Assembly (NCBI GenBank): GCA_963666115.2
Contig: CAXXET010000006.1
Coordinates: 160,001 to 224,000, forward strand
DNA length: 64,000 bases
From: Dehalococcoidia bacterium
Lineage (GTDB): Bacteria > Chloroflexota > Dehalococcoidia > UBA6926
Direction of reading: 5' to 3'
The notes beneath the pieces were generated by a model. The model worked only from the letters and a program-made list of their open reading frames with translations. It was not told the origin of the DNA and did not search any database. Position numbers and translations under genes: made by a program. Below, piece by piece: positions 1 through 8,905 of this stretch (the first letter of the stretch is position 1; each line of letters starts with the position of its first letter).

Positions 1-1561
1 GGGACGGCAGTTCCGGCAAATCAAGCCGCTGCCATGCATCGAAAATCTCGTTGTCGTGCGTGAGGACGAGCGCGAGAAGGTGCTGCTCAACCACCTCGCC
101 ACGTGAGTCGTCTAATAGGCTAGAACTAATCTGGTCTGTGGGTTCTTCCGATGCTCTGGTCCTCGGCTGATCGACTCGCCCAAGTTGTCTCGGACGGCTA
201 ATTCCGGGCTGTTGCCTAATGGCGGACTCTAGTCGCTGCACGTCCATGTTCAGCGTAGTAGCCAGTTGCTCGAAGAGAGCCTGCTGCTCGTATTGGTCCC
301 GGATCTGTCGGATGATTGGAAGCAGGCGCTCAATGACTTCCTTTCTGCCTTGAGCTGAACTGGTGTCCTTGCTCTTAACTTCCGCCTGGATAAGGTAGTC
401 AAGAATGGGCGTGGCCTCTTCGACGCGCTTGCGCCAGTCATCGGGGTCGCTGCGGATGACATCGTCCGGGTCGCGGTCAGGCGGGAGGGCGATGATGCGG
501 AGCTTGGGCAGTTCTCGCCGCACGCCCATTGGAACGGCGGAGTTTGAAACGCGGACGACTTCACGCCGGAAGATGTCAAAGGCCCCCTCGAGGCTGCGGC
601 GCGTGGCCTCTTCACCGGCCGTGTCGGGATCGAGGGCGAGGGCGTAGCGGCGGGCCATGGTGCGCACGAGGCTCACCTGCCTCTCCGTGAGGGCGGTGCC
701 CATGATGGCGACGACGTTGCCGAACCCGGCCTGGTGGGCCTGCAGCGCGTCCATGTAGCCCTCGACAAGGACGACTTCGCCCCCGGCGCGGATGGCCTGC
801 TCTGCGCGGTCAAGGGCAAAAAGAGCGCCGCTCTTGTCAAAGAGCGGCGTCTGGGGCGAGTTCAGATACTTGGGCTGTGAGTCATCGAGGGCGCGGGCGC
901 CGAAACCGATGACGCGGCCTTTACCATCGCGAATCGGGAACATGAGCCGCTCACGGAAACGGTCATAGGAGCCCGGATTGCCGTCCGTGCTGTCGTCATC
1001 CCGTTCCCGTGCAATTACCAGGCCCGCCTGTAGCATCTGCTGCTCGGTGTGGCCCAGGTCGGAAAGGTGGTTCTTCAAGGCCTCCCAGCCCTTGGGCGCC
1101 ATGCCAAGCTGGAAATCCTTGACGGTCTCGTCGCTGATGCCGCGCTCTCGCAAGTAGCGCAGGGCCTGCTCGCCGGCGGGAGAGAAGGTCAGAATCCTGT
1201 GGAAGTAGTCGGCGGCGCCCTGGAGGGCCGTGTAAAGAGTATCGTTCTGCTTCCGCTGGGATTCGTCCTGTCTGCGGGTATCGGGAATGGTGACGCCCGC
1301 CCGCTCCGCCAACCGGGACAACGCCTCTGAGAAGGTCAGGTTGTCAGCGCGCTGGATGAACGAAAAGGCGTCGCCGCCCGTGCCGCACGCCCCGAAACAG
1401 TGCCATGTGCCGCGGTCCGGGAAGACGATGAACGACGGCGTCTTTTCGTTGTGGAACGGGCAGTTCGCCTTGAAATTGCGGCCCGCCTTTTGGAGCGGCA
1501 CGCGCGACTGGATAAGGTCAACGATGTCCGTGCGGGCCTTGACGTCATCGACGACAGTCAT
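1..1561 (-). CDS. dnaG: DNA primase (runs off the left edge; absent from the ORF track because no stop is in the window)
   Basis: Manual translation from ATG at 1561: MTVVDDVKARTDIVDLI...CPFHNEKTPSF...WHCFGAC (zinc finger), DRFRERLMFPI, PKYLNSPQTPLFDK, VEGYMD (TOPRIM); ATGA overlap with the dgt stop. Confidence 0.96.
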   Translation of the reverse strand, partial: MTVVDDVKARTDIVDLIQSRVPLQKAGRNFKANCPFHNEKTPSFIVFPDRGTWHCFGACGTGGDAFSFIQRADNLTFSEALSRLAERAGVTIPDTRRQDESQRKQNDTLYTALQGAADYFHRILTFSPAGEQALRYLRERGISDETVKDFQLGMAPKGWEALKNHLSDLGHTEQQMLQAGLVIARERDDDSTDGNPGSYDRFRERLMFPIRDGKGRVIGFGARALDDSQPKYLNSPQTPLFDKSGALFALDRAEQAIRAGGEVVLVEGYMDALQAHQAGFGNVVAIMGTALTERQVSLVRTMARRYALALDPDTAGEEATRRSLEGAFDIFRREVVRVSNSAVPMGVRRELPKLRIIALPPDRDPDDVIRSDPDDWRKRVEEATPILDYLIQAEVKSKDTSSAQGRKEVIERLLPIIRQIRDQYEQQALFEQLATTLNMDVQRLESAIRQQPGISRPRQLGRVDQPRTRASEEPTDQISSSLLDDSRGEVVEQHLLALVLTHDNEIFDAWQRLDLPELPS

Positions 1562-2649
1562 AGCGCCACCTCCGCCAATGGAGTGGTGGGGACGCGGCCG
1601 GCGCGCAGATCCTCGGCGGCGCGCGCCGCGAACTGGTCCGTCATGCCGGAGATATAGTCGACGGCGCGGCGCGGCGCATCGTCTTCAGGCCGCGCATAGC
1701 CCTCGGGGATCAGTTCAGGCGACTGTGTGAATGTGTCCCACAGGGTTTCGAGGATGCGGAGCGGCTCTCCGGTCTGGTCTTTGGCCGCAGTGAGATAGAC
1801 GTTGTCGAACAGGAACTCGCGGAGATCGACGATGGCGCGGAGGACGGGCTGGCTCATGGCGATGTGAGGGCGCTCGCCCTCGTCCACGTGAACGCCGTCC
1901 TGGCCGGCAACGGGCCACGACGTTTCGACAAGGTCGGCGATGATGCTGTTGAGCCGCTCGGCGTGGCGGTTGCCGAGCAGTTGGCGGACGTGGAGCGGGA
2001 TGTCCTCGGGCCGGATGACACCGGCGCGGAGAGCGTCGCCGAGATCGTGATTGACATAAGCAATCGCATCGCTAAGGCGGCAGATTTCCGCTTCAAGACT
2101 AATCCCATCATCCTCCTGCCGGATCGCGCCGAGGCCGCCGCGTCCCTTGGAGTGTTTGAGGATGCCGTCCCTGACTTCCCACGTGAGGTTCAGCCCCTCG
2201 CCGTCCTTTTCCAGGACGTCCACCACGCGAAGGCTCTGCTCGGCGTGGCGGTAGCCGCCGGGGATTCGTTCGGCGAAGAACTCTTCCCCAAGGTGGCCGA
2301 ACGGCGTGTGGCCGAGGTCATGCCCGAGCGCGATGGCTTCAGCAAGGTCTTCGTTGAGCCTGAGCGCGCGGGCGATGGAGCGGGCGATCTGGGAAACCTC
2401 AATGGTGTGCGAGAGGCGCGTCGAGAAGTGGTCGCTGAGGGGGGCGATGAAGACCTGCGTCTTGTGCTTGAGGCGGCGAAATGCCTTTGAGTGGATGATG
2501 CGGTCGCGGTCTCGCTGGAACTCCGTCCTCATGAAGGAGGGCTCTTCAGGAACGCGCCGCCCCCGCGTGTCACGGCTGAGTTGAGCAAAGGGGGAGAGCG
2601 TCTGCTCTTCCAACTGCTCGAGGTGTAGGCGAATGTGGTGATTGTTCAT
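1558..2649 (-). CDS. dgt: Deoxyguanosinetriphosphate triphosphohydrolase (HD family)
   Basis: RTEFQRDRDRIIHSKAFRRLKHKTQVF, TRLSHT, HDLGHTPFGH, DYISGMTD; typical position upstream of dnaG. Confidence 0.95.
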   Translation of the reverse strand: MNNHHIRLHLEQLEEQTLSPFAQLSRDTRGRRVPEEPSFMRTEFQRDRDRIIHSKAFRRLKHKTQVFIAPLSDHFSTRLSHTIEVSQIARSIARALRLNEDLAEAIALGHDLGHTPFGHLGEEFFAERIPGGYRHAEQSLRVVDVLEKDGEGLNLTWEVRDGILKHSKGRGGLGAIRQEDDGISLEAEICRLSDAIAYVNHDLGDALRAGVIRPEDIPLHVRQLLGNRHAERLNSIIADLVETSWPVAGQDGVHVDEGERPHIAMSQPVLRAIVDLREFLFDNVYLTAAKDQTGEPLRILETLWDTFTQSPELIPEGYARPEDDAPRRAVDYISGMTDQFAARAAEDLRAGRVPTTPLAEVAL

Positions 2650-2731
2650 GTGCAGGACAAATAAAAATAGCCCCTGTCAAGGGTTCACGGACAACGATAC
2701 CCATGCGTACCGATGGTGTCAATGAGGCGCG

Positions 2732-4201
2732 TCAGGGGCGGAGGCGGTTTTGGGGCGGGACGACGTATGGGGGGGCGGGGATGACGTGGTGGGGGGGATG
2801 CGCCCCCGCCGAACCTGTCATTCTGAGAGCAGTCGAAGAATCCCCCGCGCAGGCTGGGGCGCGGCGGGAGTCCTGGCGGAGGGTCTGGACGTGGTAGGCA
2901 AAGAAGGCTACTGCGGGGATGATGATGGAGAGCGTGGGGACCAGGGCATCGCCCAGGAAGCCTGACCCCTGGCCGAGTATCTCGCTCAGCACGGCGGCAA
3001 TGAGGGCGACGAGGGTGAAGAGCCATGTGCCGCCGAGGGCGATGAGGGCCACGTAGAGGTAGATGCGCCGGACAAGGCTGCGGGGATCGGCGTTGACGAC
3101 GCGCCACCAGAACGCGGCCCAGAGCGGCGCGCCGACGATGATCATGGTGAGGGCGACAGCAAGGACTTCGCCTTCGCCGTCTGTCGTGGTCAGCACGTCG
3201 CTATCGGTCAAGAGGGTCAGGATGGTGACGAGGAGTCCCATGAGGCCGGGGACGAGGGCGATGAGGCCGACGGCGGACATGATGTATTGGAAGGTGTGGG
3301 ACAGGGGGCGGGCGGAGTCGCGTTGTATGACAGACCAGTGGTAGGCGAGAAGGGCGAGTCCGATGAGGAGGCCGACGGCGGGGAGGATGAACTGCCGGAA
3401 GTAGATAGCGGTTGTGGCGGCATCGTCCGCGCCGACGATTTTGGCGATGACGACGTAGATGGTCGCGCTCGCGCCCCAGAGGGAGAGCAGCGCCCCGCCG
3501 ATGAAGGCGAAACCGTAGAGATAGACCTGCCGGAGGACTGATTCTTCGTCGCCGGTCACAACGGCTCGCCATTGGATTGCCCAGGCGGCGATGCCGACTA
3601 CCGCCCAGCCGGCGGCAGTACGGAGAGGGTCCTGGAAGTCTTGGGCGTCAACGAGGACGTCCGTATCAAAGACAAGGTTGTAGGCGGCATAGGCGAAACC
3701 GTAGGCGATCCAGTAGGTTCCGACGACGGCGGATGTTAGGAAGATGACGCTGAGACCGTAGACGCGCCATCGCTTGACGGTCTGGGCGCGGGAGCCGGGC
3801 TGCCCCTCCAGGTTTTCGCGCCGCCAGAGGTAGTACCAGAGACCGGCGGCGGCGATCACGCCCCCGACGTTTGCGAGCCCGTCAAAATCGCCGGCCACGT
3901 CCTGAACGACGTACAGCGCGCCGGCAAAAACATACAGGGCGGCGAGGGCCAGCGCGCCGTTGACATAAAGTTTTCGCAGCACCGACCCAGCCTCGTCGGG
4001 ATGCCGGGCGACAGCGCGGCTACCAAGGAAGTCATGTCCGAACCAGACGGGAAGGCCGACGATGATCATGGCGATCCACGTGGCCATATCGAGGGTTTCG
4101 AGACGGACGATATCGGTGGCAAGCCCGTACGCGCCCTGGAGGAGGATGGCAAAGGATACAAAGGCCGCCAGGTAAACGTATGAGCGTTGGGGGATGCTCA
4201 T
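2732..4201 (-). CDS. Multi-pass membrane protein, DUF5671-like internal repeats
   Basis: Repeated R+xYxY plus helix-pair units (RSYVYL, LRKLYV, LRQVYLY, VRRIYLY) and many hydrophobic segments. Confidence 0.65.
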   Translation of the reverse strand: MSIPQRSYVYLAAFVSFAILLQGAYGLATDIVRLETLDMATWIAMIIVGLPVWFGHDFLGSRAVARHPDEAGSVLRKLYVNGALALAALYVFAGALYVVQDVAGDFDGLANVGGVIAAAGLWYYLWRRENLEGQPGSRAQTVKRWRVYGLSVIFLTSAVVGTYWIAYGFAYAAYNLVFDTDVLVDAQDFQDPLRTAAGWAVVGIAAWAIQWRAVVTGDEESVLRQVYLYGFAFIGGALLSLWGASATIYVVIAKIVGADDAATTAIYFRQFILPAVGLLIGLALLAYHWSVIQRDSARPLSHTFQYIMSAVGLIALVPGLMGLLVTILTLLTDSDVLTTTDGEGEVLAVALTMIIVGAPLWAAFWWRVVNADPRSLVRRIYLYVALIALGGTWLFTLVALIAAVLSEILGQGSGFLGDALVPTLSIIIPAVAFFAYHVQTLRQDSRRAPACAGDSSTALRMTGSAGAHPPHHVIPAPPYVVPPQNRLRP

Positions 4202-4731
4202 GACGATGCCTCCTGAGCAATTACCGGAGTGGGGGCGGTTTCATCATCGCAATAGTCGTCCCGGATGTGTTCGAGGTTTATTGGCCACTCTGATTCCGCT
4301 ATGCGCCAGTAGCCGTCCTGGGTGCGGTGGAGTTCGAACTCGTTCTCGAACGTGTCGCGGTTGTTCGGGAGTTCAAAGAGATCAGGCTCATCACGGTACG
4401 CAACGCCGACAGTGACGATCACGGTTTCGGAATCGACCTCTTCCACGTCACCGAGCCTGACGCGATAGCGGTCATACGAGGGGGAGGTGATTCTATCGCG
4501 CAGTTCGTCGGTGGCGCACGGGGTGTTGTTTTCCTCTGTCAGCAGCAGAAGGGCCGTGTTGGCGTCCTCTTCGATGACGGCGCGGATGTAGCGCTGGACG
4601 GCGCCCTCGGGGGTGTCCGGGGGGTAGGTGGCTTCCTCGTCGTCGATGAGGCGCGGGAGGGCGACAGCGAGGATGACGAGGATGATTACGCCGGCGACGA
4701 CACCTATGAGTATTTTGGTCGATGAGTCCAT
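4198..4731 (-). CDS. Membrane-anchored hypothetical protein (NTF2-like extracytoplasmic domain likely)
   Basis: N-terminal TM helix, TPEGAVQRYIRAV and DGYWRI motifs; stop overlaps the start of the DUF5671-like gene. Confidence 0.6.
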   Translation of the reverse strand: MDSSTKILIGVVAGVIILVILAVALPRLIDDEEATYPPDTPEGAVQRYIRAVIEEDANTALLLLTEENNTPCATDELRDRITSPSYDRYRVRLGDVEEVDSETVIVTVGVAYRDEPDLFELPNNRDTFENEFELHRTQDGYWRIAESEWPINLEHIRDDYCDDETAPTPVIAQEASS

Positions 4732-4764
4732 GGGGACATTTTACATGCGGGCTTAGGGGGGTAC

Positions 4765-4822
4765 TTGACCGATCAGTCGTTGGGCAATATATTGGCAAGC
4801 GATATATCGTATTGCGCTATAT
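4765..4822 (+). promoter_or_regulatory. Putative sigma70 promoter with PadR-type operator repeats
   Basis: TTGACC (4765-4770), 17 bp spacer, TATATT (4788-4793); palindromes CAATATATTG (4785-4794) and CGATATATCG (4800-4809); three (A/C)TATAT cores at 15-bp spacing. Confidence 0.55.
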
Positions 4823-4877
4823 GCCCCTCGGAGTATCGAACCGGAGCGGAATCACCTGTGTTATGGAAGGGAGTCGC

Positions 4878-5249
4878 ATGACAGAGCAACACCCAATGCC
4901 CTCGGACTTGCTTCCCCTGCCGGTCTCGCAGCTGCATATCCTGCTTGCCCTGACAACCGGGGACAAGCATGGTTACGCAATCATGAAGGAGATCGAGGCC
5001 TTTACCGGCGAGGGGGTCAGGATGGGGCCGGGCACGCTGTACGGGGCGGCCAAACAGATGTTGAAGGCGGGGTTGATCGAGGAGAGTTTCGAGCGCCCGG
5101 ACCCTGACATGGATGATGAGCGGCGACGCTATTACCGGCTGACCGACCTGGGCCGGCAGACCCTGGACGCGGAGATCGTCCGCATGGAGCGCCTTGCCCA
5201 GACTGCCAGGAAGAAGCAGATGGACGCCATGCAGCGCCGGGGCGCGTGA
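4878..5249 (+). CDS. PadR-family transcriptional regulator
   Basis: HILLAL...HGYAIMKEI...GPGTLYG...ERRRYYRLTDLGR; start placed at ATG 4878 after a GGGAG RBS. Confidence 0.9.
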   Translation: MTEQHPMPSDLLPLPVSQLHILLALTTGDKHGYAIMKEIEAFTGEGVRMGPGTLYGAAKQMLKAGLIEESFERPDPDMDDERRRYYRLTDLGRQTLDAEIVRMERLAQTARKKQMDAMQRRGA

Positions 5250-5250
5250 G

Positions 5251-5716
5251 ATGTTCTCCACGAGGGTGTACCGGGCGCTGCTTGCAGCCTATCCGCGCGA
5301 ATTCCGCCGAGAATACGGGGATTTGATGGTCCAGTTCTTCACAGACAGGATGCGTTACGACGGCGGGGGCCTACGCGGATTGATCCTGTGGTGGCAGTTG
5401 ATCTTCGGCTCGTCTGGCGGAATCGAACAATCCCTGCGCCGCGTTGGCGCGATCATCATGTCACCGGACGAATGGGACGGCGTAACAGTGTCAACGACGT
5501 GCGTGGACGTTGCGCGGGGCAACCCGCCGACAGGCCTCGACCAGCTGCCTGAGGAGGAACGCCGGTTTGCGCAGGAGCAGGTGGATAGCCGCGCCTGAGC
5601 AGTCGTCGGACATGCTGCTCGCCTTTGCCGTCATGCTGGCGTACACCACGTTGTTCATTGCGGCTACTGCCTGGATATTCAGGCGCAGGGACATCGGCGG
5701 GGCTGCCGGCGACTGA
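5251..5716 (+). pseudogene. Degraded or chimeric membrane/permease gene downstream of padR
   Basis: N-terminus YRALLAAYPREFRREYGDLM typical of PadR-linked membrane proteins stops at 5598; a separate frame carries an ABC-2 permease-like end (AYTTLFIAATAWIFRRRDI, stop 5716). Confidence 0.5.
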
Positions 5717-6004
5717 TTAGGGCATTTCGTCGACGTGGATCTTGACGTCGCGCTGGACGGTTAGGCCGACGAGGGCGGCGCGGAGGGGCGTTGCGCCATC
5801 GTCCGGAACGCGCACGAGCAGAGTCACGCTGACGGCCGTATCGAGGGTGACAGAGGACGTAGTCTCAATTGATGCGCCGGCGCGTTCAATGGCCGCAAGA
5901 ATATCGTCGACCAGGCCGGCACGGTCATCGGCGATGGCCGTGATGATGACGCGATTCGCGTTGGTATTGTCCTGATTGGGTGACATGGGGGTAGGATACG
6001 GCAT
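5717..6004 (-). CDS. Stand-alone ACT-domain protein
   Basis: VIITAIADDRAGLVDDI...AGASI; single ACT-domain size; true start may be ATG 5986. Confidence 0.7.
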   Translation of the reverse strand: MPYPTPMSPNQDNTNANRVIITAIADDRAGLVDDILAAIERAGASIETTSSVTLDTAVSVTLLVRVPDDGATPLRAALVGLTVQRDVKIHVDEMP

Positions 6005-6016
6005 GGAGGGAGGTGT

Positions 6017-6979
6017 GTGATGGCGCGGGAGATGGTGGAGACGGTAAGGGGGCCGGTGGCGGCGAGCGAGCTGGGGTTCACGCTATCGCATGAGCACGTG
6101 ATCGTCGGGTTTCCGGGGATCAAGCAAACGTATCCGGAGTTGATGGACTGGGAGGGCATCGAGTCGGGGGGTATCGCGATGCTGTCCGAGGCGCGCGCCG
6201 AGGGACTCAATACGATCATGGACGCGACGCCGTTCGAGTTGGGCCGCGACGTGGAGATGCTGCGGCGGGTATCCGAGAGGTCGGGCGTGAATATCGTCGC
6301 GTCGACGGGAACGTACGTAGACATTCCGCGGCTTATCTGGTTTACGCACCCGGACCGCATGGCGGCAGTGTACGTGCGGGAAATCACGGAGGGGATTGAG
6401 GGAACGGGAATCAAGCCCGGTATGATCAAGGTGGCGGACAACAATTATGAACTGTCCGACGCGGAGGTGATGATCCTGCGCGCGGCGTCGCGGGCATCAA
6501 ACGAGACCGACATCCCGATCACGACCCACACGCAGCCGCTGAACAAGGTTGGGGAGCCGCAGTGGCGCATCTTCGCGGAGGAGAAAGTCGACCCGGCGCG
6601 GGTGTGCATCGGGCATTCATCGGACGCGACGGATTTCGAGTACCTGGCGGACCTGGCGCGCGAGGGAGTGTTCCTGGGGATGGACGAGCTGCCGGGGCAC
6701 CAGTTGAATGAGCCGTGGCGGGAGAAAGCAGATATGGTCAAACGCCTGCTGGACGCGGGTTTCGAGCGCAATTTGATGCTGTCGCATGACTGGTCGGTAA
6801 AGAAGCATCCCGATGATTCATGGGGCGCGTCGGAGGAGAAGCATCGGCAGGTGAACCCGGACGGGTACGCGTTCGTGGGGCGTCGGTTTGTGCCGTACCT
6901 GCGTGAGCTAGGCGTGGAGGAAGAGGCTATTCGGTTGATGACGGTGGAGAATCCGCGGAGGTTTTTGGCGGGGGAGTGA
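6017..6979 (+). CDS. Phosphotriesterase-family amidohydrolase
   Basis: VETVRGPV, TLSHEH, IKVA (carbamylated Lys), ITTHT, IGHS, LSHD, ENPRR. Confidence 0.92.
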   Translation: MMAREMVETVRGPVAASELGFTLSHEHVIVGFPGIKQTYPELMDWEGIESGGIAMLSEARAEGLNTIMDATPFELGRDVEMLRRVSERSGVNIVASTGTYVDIPRLIWFTHPDRMAAVYVREITEGIEGTGIKPGMIKVADNNYELSDAEVMILRAASRASNETDIPITTHTQPLNKVGEPQWRIFAEEKVDPARVCIGHSSDATDFEYLADLAREGVFLGMDELPGHQLNEPWREKADMVKRLLDAGFERNLMLSHDWSVKKHPDDSWGASEEKHRQVNPDGYAFVGRRFVPYLRELGVEEEAIRLMTVENPRRFLAGE

Positions 6980-7005
6980 GGGCGGAGCCTGGACTTACCC
7001 CGCTA

Positions 7006-8154
7006 TTAGCGCTCGGCCAGCGCGGACTGGATGATGCCTATCATTCGCGCGTTCGTTTCAGCGTCTTTGACGGCGATTCGTAATGAGCGGTCGCCAAGCT
7101 GCGGGCTCGTCGCCGCAGGATCCCGCAGGAAGAGGTTATGTCGGCGGCATCGCTCCATCAATTCGGTGGTCGTCGGGGCGTCCGGCGTCAGTTCCAGCAA
7201 GCAGAAGTTTGCGGTTCCGGAAATGACAGTAATACCGGGCAACAACCGAAGTTCGTCGGCCAGCCCCTTCCGCAGAGCCCTGGTTTCCCGGTAGCGGGCA
7301 TCATAATACATGGGGGCGTCCAGCGCCTTTACGGCTGCCAGTTGACCTGGGAGGCTGACGGCCCATGGCGCGGTGCGGCGTCTGAGCATACTCATCATTC
7401 GCGGAGGCCCGACAAGGTATCCCACGCGCAGCCCGCTCAGCGCGTAAACCTTGGACATGGACTTACACACCACCACATTGTCACTCTCAGCCGCAAATCG
7501 CTCCAAAGATTCATCAGGACCAAGATAGTCAACGTAGGCTTCATCAATCCAGAACAGTGTGTCTCGGGGAGAGCGTTCAATGAGTTGGATCATTTCGTCG
7601 CGCGGGATGTGCTGCCCAGTGGGATTGTTCGGGTTGACAAGAACGACCAGGTCGTAGCCTTCACTCAGAGTATGTTGCAGTTCGTCACGATCTACGACGA
7701 ATCTCTTGTCTGCCCTGAGTGTGAACCGATCAGTTCGGCATCCGATGACCTGTTCAAGCACGTGAGCGTATTCGCCGTATGAGGGGTCGAGAATCAGCGC
7801 TCTGCTACCAGATTGGAGCCAATGTATGAGAGCGAGAAATATGAGCTGTGACGAGCCTGCGCCCACGACGATTGATTCCTGGGATAATCCACGCCGTTCC
7901 GCAATCGTCTCAATCATTCCTTCGCTGCCTGTGGGCGGCGAGGTGCGCGCCAGCCAAGGCAGATGCTGCGCCAATGCTTCAACAACGGCGGGCGCAGGTG
8001 GGAACCAGGCGTCCAGCACGTCTGCATTGATGACGTCCGGCACCCGATCCAGCCGTTCAAAGCGATGGCCAATTGCGTCAAAGAACGCGCCTCCGTGAAA
8101 CGCGCCCCCCCGAAAGCAGGCATCCGAGTCAGTTTCTTCACTAATGCCGAGCAT
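7006..8154 (-). CDS. PLP-dependent class I/II aminotransferase (HisC/CobD-like)
   Basis: VNPNNPTG, IDEAYVDY, SMSKVYALSGLRVGY. Confidence 0.88.
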   Translation of the reverse strand: MLGISEETDSDACFRGGAFHGGAFFDAIGHRFERLDRVPDVINADVLDAWFPPAPAVVEALAQHLPWLARTSPPTGSEGMIETIAERRGLSQESIVVGAGSSQLIFLALIHWLQSGSRALILDPSYGEYAHVLEQVIGCRTDRFTLRADKRFVVDRDELQHTLSEGYDLVVLVNPNNPTGQHIPRDEMIQLIERSPRDTLFWIDEAYVDYLGPDESLERFAAESDNVVVCKSMSKVYALSGLRVGYLVGPPRMMSMLRRRTAPWAVSLPGQLAAVKALDAPMYYDARYRETRALRKGLADELRLLPGITVISGTANFCLLELTPDAPTTTELMERCRRHNLFLRDPAATSPQLGDRSLRIAVKDAETNARMIGIIQSALAER

Positions 8155-8225
8155 CGTACTGCCTCCGTCAATCAGTTCTCACTATTTTGCTGTTGCCATG
8201 GGAAAGCAGCACCGTCAGGCGGAGA

Positions 8226-8807
8226 TCAGTTTTCGAAGATGGCGGCGACCGGGGTGGTGAATTGGGGGAGGATGTCCTGGCCGGTTAGGGTATCGGTTTC
8301 GTGGAGGAGGACGGGGGGATTGTCGGGGCTGAAGACTTCGATGGTCTTGGTGTTCGGCCAGACGTTCCAGACCAGACGGACGCCGCTGTACAGCCACATC
8401 TGCGCCTTGTCATAGACTTCGTTGGCAGTTTGGCTGGGAGAGACAACCTCAACGGCGAGGTCGGGGACGATATCGAGAAATCCCCGGAAGTCTTCGAGTG
8501 ACGGGAGACGGCCCGCCGCGAAGAAAGCAATGTCAGGCGCGCGTACAGTATCGGGGTTTCTTTCGAGATGGATGCCGGGGTCGCCTGCGAGAACCTTGCC
8601 GATCCCGTTGGTCTTGACAAAGTTATAGAGCAATGCGCCCAGCGCCATCATGACTTCGGCATGGTTTGGATTGTTCGGCATGTCCGGGCAGAATACCCCC
8701 CTGATGAGTTCGCCTCGCCGCTCTTCCTTGCCCAGGTTGTACAATTCGTCCGCCGTCATCGGAACGGTGCCGGCGGGAGTTAGCTGGGTTTTCGTCGTTG
8801 TCGCCAT
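8226..8807 (-). CDS. Uma2 (DUF820) family endonuclease
   Basis: ELIRG, VRAPDIAF, PDLAVEVVSPS, GVRLVWNVWP, ILPQF. Confidence 0.9.
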   Translation of the reverse strand: MATTTKTQLTPAGTVPMTADELYNLGKEERRGELIRGVFCPDMPNNPNHAEVMMALGALLYNFVKTNGIGKVLAGDPGIHLERNPDTVRAPDIAFFAAGRLPSLEDFRGFLDIVPDLAVEVVSPSQTANEVYDKAQMWLYSGVRLVWNVWPNTKTIEVFSPDNPPVLLHETDTLTGQDILPQFTTPVAAIFEN

Positions 8808-8905
8808 GTGATTCTCCGGACGATGGGGCTACCTTTCGCGGTCATTATACAAGGGCGGGGCGGCGCCACCAGACGCCGCCCCGCCCTTCGTCTGCGGTTC
8901 TGACT

